A stretch of 64,000 bases of DNA from an uncultured Bacteroidales bacterium. GTDB lineage: Bacteria; Bacteroidota; Bacteroidia; Bacteroidales; F082. Where the stretch lies: contig CAMYXV010000001.1 in NCBI GenBank assembly GCA_947303055.1, positions 3,961 to 67,960 of the forward strand, read 5' to 3'. Numbering within the stretch: position 1 is the first letter of the stretch; every line of letters begins with the position of its first letter. Below are positions 47,114 to 55,941 of this stretch, one piece after another. A model generated the notes under the pieces. It did no database searches and was not told the origin of the DNA. It worked only from the letters and a program-made list of their open reading frames with translations. Made by a program: the position numbers and the translations under genes.

Positions 47114-47134
47114 TTGATAGTTGAATGTTGAGAG
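47114..47134. repeat. TTGAnnn x3 array (7-nt phase) just 5' of the WbuC start
   Basis: TTGA at 47114, 47121 and 47128 (also 47095). Confidence 0.6.
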
Positions 47135-47139
47135 TATCA

Positions 47140-47538
47140 ATGGTTATCACACAAGCGATATTAGATGATTTATCGAGGCGGGCGAAGAACTCGCCTCGGT
47201 TGCGTATGAATCTCGATTTACGTAACTCAGAATAGGACTGTTCCCAAAGGATGCTCAATGCCATTGAACCCGGTTCTCCTGAATGCATACACAGACATCA
47301 GCATACATCGGAAACCGTTGTTTGTATTAGAGGCCGAGTGGTGGAAGAATTTTATGACGAGTTGGAGCGTATCTGCACGGATTCGATCGTGCTAACACCC
47401 AATGGCCCCAACGTAGCAATTAACATCCCTGCCGGCCAATGGCACTCTATCCGTGCGGTGGAATCAGGCTCTGTGGTGCTTGCCGTGAAAGATGGGAAGT
47501 ATGAGCCGCTGGGAGAGGAAGATATATTGGCTCTATAA
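47140..47538 (+). pseudogene. wbuC: WbuC-family cupin, interrupted by an in-frame amber codon
   Basis: The ATG at 47140 gives MVITQAILDDLSRRAKNSPRLRMNLDLRNSE, then TAG at 47233-47235. The same frame continues as DCSQRMLNAIEPGS...HRHQHTSETVVCIRG (the track ORF 47251-47538). Confidence 0.7.
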
Positions 47539-47614
47539 TTCAGGTTTTTTTAAGCTTTTTCTCATTTATGTATAAGCCGCTTGGCGTGGAATATAATGGG
47601 GTAACATTCTAACA

Positions 47615-48514
47615 ATGAAAAAGAACAAGCTAGCATACGAACAGGTGATTGATAATCTCAGCAGAGCCGGTGTTGACTACTATTCTTCTGCTGAGTATGA
47701 AATACAAATCCTTAAAAGCGCTTTTGAAAAATGCGATGACTCTTGTCTGTACCCTTATGTCCCTATGAGATTGGTGGCTCTAATGGAAGGCTATTTTCAA
47801 GAGCTTTATTCCAATATCATCGATGCTGATGTTAAGTATAGAAAGAACTTTGCAAAGCTTGTGAAAGATTTGCAGTTTGAGTCACCCATCATTGATTCTT
47901 TTGAGCGGAATACTATCACATTTGGCGAATATGCGTCAATGTTGTTGTCGTGCAACAAACATGAAGATGTACTGACCAATATTTCTACCTTACTTGACAC
48001 TGACAAACTTAAAGAGAAGTTTAAAGATACTAGCATACTGTCAGATGTAAAAGAAGTTTTCTATTATCGACATATATTTTGTCACGAGATTGCCGGTAAC
48101 ATAATATTAGAGCATAGTAAAATCCTGAAAATGATAGACTCTGTATCTGATTTTATGAGAATCGCTGGTGACTTCGTTTCATCAATCTTATATCCCAATG
48201 CTCCCGAATTAACACCTGATATTATTGATGAGGCCATGAGAGACTTTGAGGCAAAAGACAAGGAACTTCGTGAGCTAATAAAATGGTTGAAAGAAAATGT
48301 GGATATTGAATATTTGGGCACTGATTTCAACTTTATGGATGTCTTTGAGGAATATAGGAAAAGACGTACAGAAAAAGTGTGTGAGCAATATGCCGATGGA
48401 ACAATCTATGGCTACATCTATGCCCAATCAATGGCCGAAATAACAGAAGAACTCATAAACGGTTTGAAAAAGAAATATAGGGTTTGGTTAAGGGCATATA
48501 ATTTACCGCACTAA
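47615..48514 (+). CDS. hypothetical protein (299 aa) with a candidate HEPN Rx4H motif
   Basis: All-helical-looking sequence. FYYRHIFCHEIAG contains R-x4-H followed by E. AT-rich composition. Confidence 0.45.
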   Translation: MKKNKLAYEQVIDNLSRAGVDYYSSAEYEIQILKSAFEKCDDSCLYPYVPMRLVALMEGYFQELYSNIIDADVKYRKNFAKLVKDLQFESPIIDSFERNTITFGEYASMLLSCNKHEDVLTNISTLLDTDKLKEKFKDTSILSDVKEVFYYRHIFCHEIAGNIILEHSKILKMIDSVSDFMRIAGDFVSSILYPNAPELTPDIIDEAMRDFEAKDKELRELIKWLKENVDIEYLGTDFNFMDVFEEYRKRRTEKVCEQYADGTIYGYIYAQSMAEITEELINGLKKKYRVWLRAYNLPH

Positions 48515-48525
48515 GGATTTATGGT

Positions 48526-48755
48526 ATGACGCAAGACGAACGCTGGCTTGCGAAGTAACAAGAAGTAATGGATTTAATGGAAGCTAATCATCAGAATCCA
48601 TCACGACATAGAATATAGGAACACGATATGCTGAACTGGCTCAAAACCACGAGAAAAAAGATGAATGCAGGGGAGTTGAAAGAATAGAGAATAAAAAGTT
48701 TGAGAAGTTGTTGGAGTTGGGGGAAAAGTGTAAGTGGGTGAATCAGTGGAAATGA
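48526..48755 (+). pseudogene. decayed helicase-associated (HA) domain gene fragment
   Basis: One frame reads MTQDERWLAK*QEVMDLMEANHQNPSRHRI*EHDMLNWLKTTRKKMNAGELKE*. After a frameshift it continues as NKKFEKLLELGEKCKWVNQWK*. That gives three in-frame stops plus one frameshift. Confidence 0.6.
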
Positions 48756-48793
48756 GCATTTTTTGTATCTAATAATCTAAGTATTATAACATT

Positions 48794-50986
48794 ATGACTA
48801 TGATAATACGCAATGCTGGTGATAAAGATCATGACAAAACGTATTGCGTGTTTGCTATCCGTGTGAATAGAGATGGCTCAACGGGTCAGCGTAAACTGAT
48901 GGCCGATGTGCCGTATTATCTGATGCAAGGATTCTCAATAGACGGTGATACGATAAGGATAGAAAAACATGCGGACACTCTTCTTCGGGACAGCATATTC
49001 AACCAATCATATCAAAATCAAACAACTCGTGCGCATTTGAATTTTAGTGCCATTGTGGGAATGAATGGCTCTGGAAAAAGCACATTAGTTGAATATATGC
49101 TTCGGTTGATTAACAATTTTTCGGCTTCGGTTTTTGGTGAATATAAGAAGAATGTGGCAACAGACAGATTGCATTTTATTGATGGTGTTGATGGCGAGCT
49201 TTATTATTATTCAAAGGGATTGCCGTATTGTTTAGCAGTTAAGAATGACAAGGTTTCCCTATCCCATTACTCATTCAAAAGGATCACTGATGACAATGGT
49301 GCGTTCCTGTTTGAAAGAGATTGTGATTTTTATAATAACCACAGAAGCGGTGACAATGAAAAAAATCATGCTCCTTTTTATGAATCCACCAATCGTGACA
49401 TTAAAAATTTCTTTTACACGTTAGTCTCGAATCACTCTATTTATGCGTATAATGCAAATGATTTTGAAAATGAATGTTGTGATAATTTAGTAGAACGTCG
49501 TTTTGACAAGGAGTACTATACGAGTCATCAACTTGAGATGCCTGAAGAGATAAATACAAAGGAGTATTCGGTAGAAGAAAGATGTTGGCTGCATGGTCTT
49601 TTTCATAAGAACGATGGGTATCAGATTCCTTTGGTTCTTAATCCATTCAGAAAAGAAGGTTGTATTGACATCAACAATGAAAACAAACTGGCTAAAGAAA
49701 GGCTTGTGTCGCTAATTGTCAGTCCGGGCAGTGAGTTTCGCAGGATTAACGGCCATTTGGAAGTTGTCAGCCTCACTTTGAAGAGGAAGACTGATACATA
49801 CGACCGAAACTATATAAACACAAAACTTAAGGCTGGCATTGACAACGATGAAGACTATGAGGCGATAAAATCCATTATCTTTGAAGAATGGCTTGATGTT
49901 TTGAATGTTGACAAAGACTTTGGTAAAGGGAAACGGTATTATGAAGATACAAAGAATTATGTTTGTTACAAAACTTTGAAGATAGCGAAACAATACCGCC
50001 AATACCAATTCTTTTTCGATAGGTTTCAAAAGAAAGCATGGAAACTTGTTGGTGATGATATACAACAATTGATAGAAAGATTATTACTTGATTCATCTCA
50101 TATTACAGGGAAACTGTTCCAAGCGCTTAACTATTTGATTTTTGACATTTATAATGATGAGGCTATTGAGCAACCAATGCCACTCGATTCAATTAAAATG
50201 CAAAAAAAGGCAGATGGTTCAAAGATTGAATATCCACAAACATTTCTAAGCGCATCGAAGGTTAAACTGATACCATCCCCAATTTTTAATGTCACCATTG
50301 ATTTGAAAGATTCAAATGATGGTAGGGTTGTTGATTTCGAGACTTTAAGTTCTGGAGAAAGGCAATTAACCTATGCGGTTAGTTCACTCCTATACCATTT
50401 GAACAATATTGATTCGGTGGCCGAAGACAATAATGGATTAAGGCTTGTTTACAAGAAGGTAAACATAATTCTTGAGGAAGTTGAGCTATATTTTCACCCC
50501 GAATTACAAAAGCAACTTGTAAAATACATCATTGATGGCGTTGGACAACTCAATTTTATGTCTATCCAAGGTATCAATTTCATTTTGGTTACACATTCGC
50601 CATTTGTTCTGTCAGACATTCCGTCAACCAATATCCTGGCATTGACTAAGGATGGTATGGTAAGCGATGGTATTCGTTCGTTTGGGTCTAATATACACGA
50701 CATGCTGAAGGATAGCTTCTTCCTTCAAACAGGATGGATTGGTGATTTTGCTCAGGATCATATACATCGACTGGTTGAGCAATTGCAGGAGAATCATTTA
50801 GATAAAGAAGAATGTGAAAAACTGCATAGAAAGATTATGCTGATTGACGAACCTGTAATGCGGACACTGCTTCTTGAAAAATATCATGATGTATGTTCTG
50901 AACCGATGGCCGAACAGCGCATTGCTGAACTTGAGAAAGAATTGAAAGAATTAAAGGTAGATAGACCGGATGTGGAAGTTAAATAA
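48794..50986 (+). CDS. ABC/SMC-like AAA ATPase (Septu PtuA-like), 730 aa
   Basis: Walker A GMNGSGKST, signature-like LSSGERQLTYAVSSLLYHL, Walker B NIILEEVELYFHPELQ and H-loop ILVTHSPFVLSDIP. Confidence 0.75.
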   Translation: MTMIIRNAGDKDHDKTYCVFAIRVNRDGSTGQRKLMADVPYYLMQGFSIDGDTIRIEKHADTLLRDSIFNQSYQNQTTRAHLNFSAIVGMNGSGKSTLVEYMLRLINNFSASVFGEYKKNVATDRLHFIDGVDGELYYYSKGLPYCLAVKNDKVSLSHYSFKRITDDNGAFLFERDCDFYNNHRSGDNEKNHAPFYESTNRDIKNFFYTLVSNHSIYAYNANDFENECCDNLVERRFDKEYYTSHQLEMPEEINTKEYSVEERCWLHGLFHKNDGYQIPLVLNPFRKEGCIDINNENKLAKERLVSLIVSPGSEFRRINGHLEVVSLTLKRKTDTYDRNYINTKLKAGIDNDEDYEAIKSIIFEEWLDVLNVDKDFGKGKRYYEDTKNYVCYKTLKIAKQYRQYQFFFDRFQKKAWKLVGDDIQQLIERLLLDSSHITGKLFQALNYLIFDIYNDEAIEQPMPLDSIKMQKKADGSKIEYPQTFLSASKVKLIPSPIFNVTIDLKDSNDGRVVDFETLSSGERQLTYAVSSLLYHLNNIDSVAEDNNGLRLVYKKVNIILEEVELYFHPELQKQLVKYIIDGVGQLNFMSIQGINFILVTHSPFVLSDIPSTNILALTKDGMVSDGIRSFGSNIHDMLKDSFFLQTGWIGDFAQDHIHRLVEQLQENHLDKEECEKLHRKIMLIDEPVMRTLLLEKYHDVCSEPMAEQRIAELEKELKELKVDRPDVEVK

Positions 50987-51989
50987 AGTTGGTGGCTCGA
51001 TTCTGAAACAATATACACAAGAGTTGCTGGCCGATCTTAAAAAAGGGATAACAGAGAAACTATTGCCATCAGAGGTAAGTGTTTTGATTCCCAATTACGG
51101 GACATCTGTTGAAGATTTGTCGGTTTTAATAGATTTATTAACTGCAGAGCCACAACAGCTGATTGCGCTAAACACAGCAATCATGTCGCAACTTGTTTCA
51201 GGTTATACTGAAGCGGATTTGCTAGCGTATCAGAAAGCTAAAATAAAGAAAAACAAACAGTCTTCTGACATAAATCTTATCAATCAATACGAAGATGTAT
51301 TAGCGCGGCTGAAAGAAGCCTTTGATTACAAGGGTAATATAACAAACAATCCCAATAGGGCGTACCGTTTGACCGAGATGAAAGGCTCAAATGTTTGTAC
51401 ATACTGTAATCGGCAATACATCTTCACCGTAAACAAACCAAGAAACAGAAGTCTTAGGCATATTGTAAGGCCCGAACTGGATCATTGGTTTTGTCAAGAA
51501 TTATTTCCGCTACTTTCTTTGTCATTCTATAATCTTATTCCGAGTTGTCATATTTGCAATAGCACAGCAAAAGGAAGCGCTGTATTTAGTTTGTCAACAC
51601 ACATTCACCCATACATTCAGCACAATCCAAACCCTAACATATCTTTTAAGCCAGTGCCATCAACTTTATATCCTTCGCATATTGGAGTAAAGATTGACAG
51701 ACGACAGGGCTCTCGAGAAGATGCAACGATTAAGGCTTTTGCGCTGGATGAGATTTACGATTTACATGGACATTTGGAAGTTGAAGAACTTTTTAAATTC
51801 AATAATACATACAGTACAGGATATTTGAAGATAGTGTTTAAGGATTTGCTTAATGAATTCTGTCCGACTTTAACAAAAGCCGAAGTCTATCGGATGCTGT
51901 TCGGAACAGAATTGGACCCGAAAAGATTCGGAGAACGACCGATGAGCAAGTTGAAATATGACATATTGAAGTATCTTAAGGTAATTTGA
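50970..51989 (+). CDS. HNH endonuclease-family protein (Septu PtuB-like), 339 aa
   Basis: CTYCNRQY...RPELDHWFCQELFPLLSLSFYNLIPSCHICNSTAKG (CxxC...DH...N...CxxCN). It overlaps the upstream ATPase gene by 17 nt. Confidence 0.75.
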   Translation: MWKLNKVGGSILKQYTQELLADLKKGITEKLLPSEVSVLIPNYGTSVEDLSVLIDLLTAEPQQLIALNTAIMSQLVSGYTEADLLAYQKAKIKKNKQSSDINLINQYEDVLARLKEAFDYKGNITNNPNRAYRLTEMKGSNVCTYCNRQYIFTVNKPRNRSLRHIVRPELDHWFCQELFPLLSLSFYNLIPSCHICNSTAKGSAVFSLSTHIHPYIQHNPNPNISFKPVPSTLYPSHIGVKIDRRQGSREDATIKAFALDEIYDLHGHLEVEELFKFNNTYSTGYLKIVFKDLLNEFCPTLTKAEVYRMLFGTELDPKRFGERPMSKLKYDILKYLKVI

Positions 51990-51993
51990 TATA

Positions 51994-54900
51994 ATGACCA
52001 AACAAATGGAAGAAAGAGTAATCAATCAATTTGGTGTAAAACCCATATATATAGACAAGAACGAAGGGAAAATCCACATTGACAATAACTATGTGGAGGA
52101 ACCTTCTTTTGCCTTTAAGAATGGGTCATACGAGTTGCTTGGCTATACTCCAACCATTCAACCGTCCATACATAGGCCGGAAGTTAATCAAATAATAAAT
52201 TGGATAGAGAGGGATGCTTCTACCGACCAATCAGCCAGGATAGCGTTGCTTTATGGAAAGGCTGGTATTGGTAAGTCGGTGGTTATGCATGACGTTTTGG
52301 TTGCTTTGAATGATAATCCGGAGTACCTTGTTTATGGATTGAAGTCGGACCAGGTGGAGTTTGTGGATACGGATGACCTTGGTCGTAAAATACACTTGGC
52401 GCAACCCATTGATGTTGCCATTAGTGAGATGGCTCAGAAACATAAGCGAGTGGTTGTGCTTATTGATCAAATTGACGCTTTATCTTTATCGTTATCCTCA
52501 AATCGCGCTCCTTTACGTTCGGTGCTTAAACTGATAGGACAGATAAAAAATATACCACATGTAAGAGTTGTTATTTCGTGCCGTCCATATGACTTGGAGT
52601 ATGATCCGCTGCTTGATGAATTGCGGATAAAAAACAAATGGGAATTAAAGGAATTCACGCCAAATCAAGTTACCCAAATTCTACATGAAAACAATTGTCT
52701 AGAACGGGTGAGTGATAATTTGATGCGTTTTCTGGGGAATCCCCTCAACTTGTTCCTATTCTTAAAGGTTAAGCCCAACGAACAACTGACCGACTCGCTG
52801 TCAACTGATTTGTTGTACCATCAGTTGTGGAGGAAATATGTGACCGATGACAGTGTTCGCAAAGTGAATAAAGATAGGCTGTTGACATTGCTTGATGCTA
52901 TAGTGTCGGAAATGTACAAACGTCAGGAACTTTCGTTACACATTAGGGCTTTTGAAACAGAATACGATGCGGAGTTAAGATACCTTTTCACCAACGAACT
53001 ACTTCTGGTAACAAAAAATGGGCATATTCAGTTCTTTCACCAGACGTTGTTTGATTATGTCTATGCAAGAAGGTTTACTGAGCATGGATATGATTTGCTT
53101 GAAGGGCTGAAATCGCAACACCAAGGTCTATTCTCAAGGGCGGCGGTGAAAAGCATTTTGACTTTCCTCCGTGAGCAAGACCCGGCTAAATATATTGATG
53201 TAATAAACCAGTTGCTTTATGCTAAAAACGAGTATGGCAAGCCCGTTTATCGCTATCATCTGAAATCGCTTGTGTTGAGCAATATGGCCTTTTTTGATGA
53301 GCCTTTAAAGGAGGAAACAAATCTTATTGCCAAAAAAATATTTGACGATAAGGTATATATGGATGTGATTTTCGAATCGGTCCATACAGTCAACTGGTTT
53401 GATGTGGTATGGCAAACAATTAACAATAGAGGTGGTTGGAAATCGTTAAGTACAGACTATAAGGAAAAAGTAATGCTGATGTGCCAGAGAACACTTTGGT
53501 CTGATGCTGCGGTTGTGCTTGATAGAGTTGAGAGGTCATTGAATTGTAATAACGAAGCGGATTGCAAATACATCGGCAATTTGATTCAGTATTATGATTT
53601 GCGCTGCGACAGCAAAAAACTCATAGCTTTTTACAATAGACTAGTCAAGACACGAAATCCACTGGAATATACACATCTTTTAAAAAATATTCTGAAGGAA
53701 GATCCTGAATTTGTATGTCAGGAGTTGAAAGAGAATATTAGGCTTCAGTTACAGGAGAAGGAAACAGATAGCTTTCATCGCATTAAATTAAGCCATGAAA
53801 CTGAAATGCTCTATCATGAGTTGTTGCAAAAACACCATAAACGAGCCATACAACTCTTGATTGATTCGTTGACTCTTGTTTATGAATCAACGAAATATGA
53901 AATAGAAGGCTCCGATATATATAATTCATTAGAGTTTTTTACTTTCCAAAGGACATCAGGCGGAAATTTCGGAACCAAGTTTTCAGAGGATGCTGTAAAC
54001 ATTATTCTTGATGATTTTACCCAAAATGCTGATAGCGATCTCACCAAACGGTATCTTTCAGAATTTAGCTCAAGCAAACATGAAGGGTTTGTGTTTATTG
54101 CATTATTTGTATATGCATCGTGCCCGAACCTGTATAAGGATGAGTTTTGTAAGCTTGTTGTAAGCAGGCAGGTGCTGTCTAACGCCCCTACTTGGGTGGA
54201 ATATCAAGCTGTGGAAGCTTTAAAGGTAATATTCCCATTGTTGTCGGGTACTCAGAAGATTGCTGTCATTGATAGGATTCTTGCCATTGAAGATAATGGC
54301 GAAAAGAGGCTGTATCCTAAGGAGATGAGAGCGGAGAGGGTGGAATATCTTCATCCTATTCTTGATATTGATATACACAAAGGTAAAGCTCTTGAGGTTA
54401 TACCAATTGGCGAGCTGAGGAAACTTTCGTGGACAGCCTATCAGGAGCGCCAAAGAATTGATAGGAAGTTTAATAGCAGGCGTTTGGAAAATGTTAAGCC
54501 GTCAAGTTTTTCAGTCCATTCGGGTTGGAGTTCCCTAACTGTTGAGCAAGGTGTTAAAATGAGTTGTAAAACTTGGTACAACTCGATGCTTAAGTATAAC
54601 ACGAATGCCCATCATGAATGGAATAAACCCTCATTGACAGGTCAATGTGAATTATTCAGAGAGGTGGTGAGCCGCAATCCTGATAAGTATTTAGAACTAA
54701 TTGACAAGATAATCCAAGATGACGAGATTTTGTTGGCCTATCCAGAGGCAGGTATGCGTGGGCTGATTGATGCCAACAGGATAGCAGAGGCGGAACATGT
54801 GCTGCAAGGGATTCTTGGAGTAATTGGCAATGATGTTAATTCAGAAAAAAGGGGCTTTAGCATACATTCTTTCCTCTTTGCCATCAATGATATGATAAAG

Positions 54901-55941
54901 GGCGATACTATGCCTGAAAGCGTATTCAGATTATTGTGTAATACGCTTGTCAACGCCAAGGAACCCAAGGATGACATACATAAAGGAGAAAAGGACGTTT
55001 ATAATGTCGGCATCAATCAGGCACGGGGTAATGCCGGATATATGTTGGTTGAATGTGCCAAAAACACACAACACAAGGATGAGGTTTTTTCGACAATAGA
55101 ACAAATTGCAGAGACGGCATCGGTATATACAAGGGCTGCAATATTGTTGAATATGGCCGCACTAAATTTCTTGGATCAAAAAAGGAATGTAGTGTTGTTC
55201 AAGAAACTCTTGCACGACTATGATCCAAGGTTGATGTCAATGCCGGTTCATAATTACAATCCTTTGGTCTATTTCATCAACTATGCGGCTGATGATTTGA
55301 TAGATTTCTTTAACCATGCGGCAAATTGTCCCGATTGCTATCGTGAGCAGGTTGTTATATTGTGGTTGGCATGGTCGCACAATAATCATGATGAAAGGTT
55401 TAAAACTTTGCTTGATACAATGTGCGAAAACAGTCAAGAAGCAAGAATTTCATTGTTACATTTCTTGAGTACGTTGGGAAATAAAGCTGATGAAGATGCG
55501 TCTGCTTTCGTGTTACGTTTCTTTGATGCTCGGTTTGATTCAATGGAAATGGGAGATGCTTGTGATGACCTGTTCCACAATCTTGATTCATGGCCAGAAG
55601 AATTGCAGTTCCAGATAGCAGATGCATTTGTGACTTCTCCATTGAGTTCTCACAAGACAAATTCGTTCATTGGCTACTTGGCCGGATACGCAATAAAAGA
55701 CCCTGTCCAAACACTGAAATGGTTGGAACAAATCATACATGACAATGTTCCAGATGATTACTTTGTATGGAATAAAGTCATCGATGTAATCATACAATCC
55801 TACAATGGCATTAAGTCATTCAACGACAGCGCTTATCAAGATACTTTGGAGCATGCCCTTGATATGATAGATGGTGCCATGCTGAACCCTAGTAGGAAAT
55901 ACCTGGTTTCCAATTTCATCAACAAACTTGACAATGAATAA
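51994..55941 (+). CDS. NACHT-like STAND P-loop NTPase with a long helical-repeat C-terminus, 1315 aa
   Basis: Walker A LLYGKAGIGKSVVM, Walker B VVVLIDQIDAL, and the NACHT-type VVISCRPYDLEY motif. About 1000 aa of helical sequence follow. It starts 4 nt after the HNH gene. Confidence 0.75.
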   Translation: MTKQMEERVINQFGVKPIYIDKNEGKIHIDNNYVEEPSFAFKNGSYELLGYTPTIQPSIHRPEVNQIINWIERDASTDQSARIALLYGKAGIGKSVVMHDVLVALNDNPEYLVYGLKSDQVEFVDTDDLGRKIHLAQPIDVAISEMAQKHKRVVVLIDQIDALSLSLSSNRAPLRSVLKLIGQIKNIPHVRVVISCRPYDLEYDPLLDELRIKNKWELKEFTPNQVTQILHENNCLERVSDNLMRFLGNPLNLFLFLKVKPNEQLTDSLSTDLLYHQLWRKYVTDDSVRKVNKDRLLTLLDAIVSEMYKRQELSLHIRAFETEYDAELRYLFTNELLLVTKNGHIQFFHQTLFDYVYARRFTEHGYDLLEGLKSQHQGLFSRAAVKSILTFLREQDPAKYIDVINQLLYAKNEYGKPVYRYHLKSLVLSNMAFFDEPLKEETNLIAKKIFDDKVYMDVIFESVHTVNWFDVVWQTINNRGGWKSLSTDYKEKVMLMCQRTLWSDAAVVLDRVERSLNCNNEADCKYIGNLIQYYDLRCDSKKLIAFYNRLVKTRNPLEYTHLLKNILKEDPEFVCQELKENIRLQLQEKETDSFHRIKLSHETEMLYHELLQKHHKRAIQLLIDSLTLVYESTKYEIEGSDIYNSLEFFTFQRTSGGNFGTKFSEDAVNIILDDFTQNADSDLTKRYLSEFSSSKHEGFVFIALFVYASCPNLYKDEFCKLVVSRQVLSNAPTWVEYQAVEALKVIFPLLSGTQKIAVIDRILAIEDNGEKRLYPKEMRAERVEYLHPILDIDIHKGKALEVIPIGELRKLSWTAYQERQRIDRKFNSRRLENVKPSSFSVHSGWSSLTVEQGVKMSCKTWYNSMLKYNTNAHHEWNKPSLTGQCELFREVVSRNPDKYLELIDKIIQDDEILLAYPEAGMRGLIDANRIAEAEHVLQGILGVIGNDVNSEKRGFSIHSFLFAINDMIKGDTMPESVFRLLCNTLVNAKEPKDDIHKGEKDVYNVGINQARGNAGYMLVECAKNTQHKDEVFSTIEQIAETASVYTRAAILLNMAALNFLDQKRNVVLFKKLLHDYDPRLMSMPVHNYNPLVYFINYAADDLIDFFNHAANCPDCYREQVVILWLAWSHNNHDERFKTLLDTMCENSQEARISLLHFLSTLGNKADEDASAFVLRFFDARFDSMEMGDACDDLFHNLDSWPEELQFQIADAFVTSPLSSHKTNSFIGYLAGYAIKDPVQTLKWLEQIIHDNVPDDYFVWNKVIDVIIQSYNGIKSFNDSAYQDTLEHALDMIDGAMLNPSRKYLVSNFINKLDNE

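Noticed and set aside
6207-47134. Whether the periodic arrays could be CRISPR arrays, REP/BIME elements or MITEs.
   Set aside because: The units are 7-9 nt with no spacers, and there are at most five copies. There are no terminal inverted repeats and no cas genes. They are treated as a distinct short-period repeat class.
5921-48678. Several in-frame TAG/TAA codons in otherwise homologous frames (5921, 47233, and three in 48526-48755), raising the idea of stop-codon reassignment.
   Set aside because: TAG, TAA and TGA all terminate normal full-length genes in this window. For example, TAG ends blc at 1758-1760 and also ends the TPR gene. One of the affected loci also carries a frameshift. Ordinary pseudogenisation is the simpler explanation.
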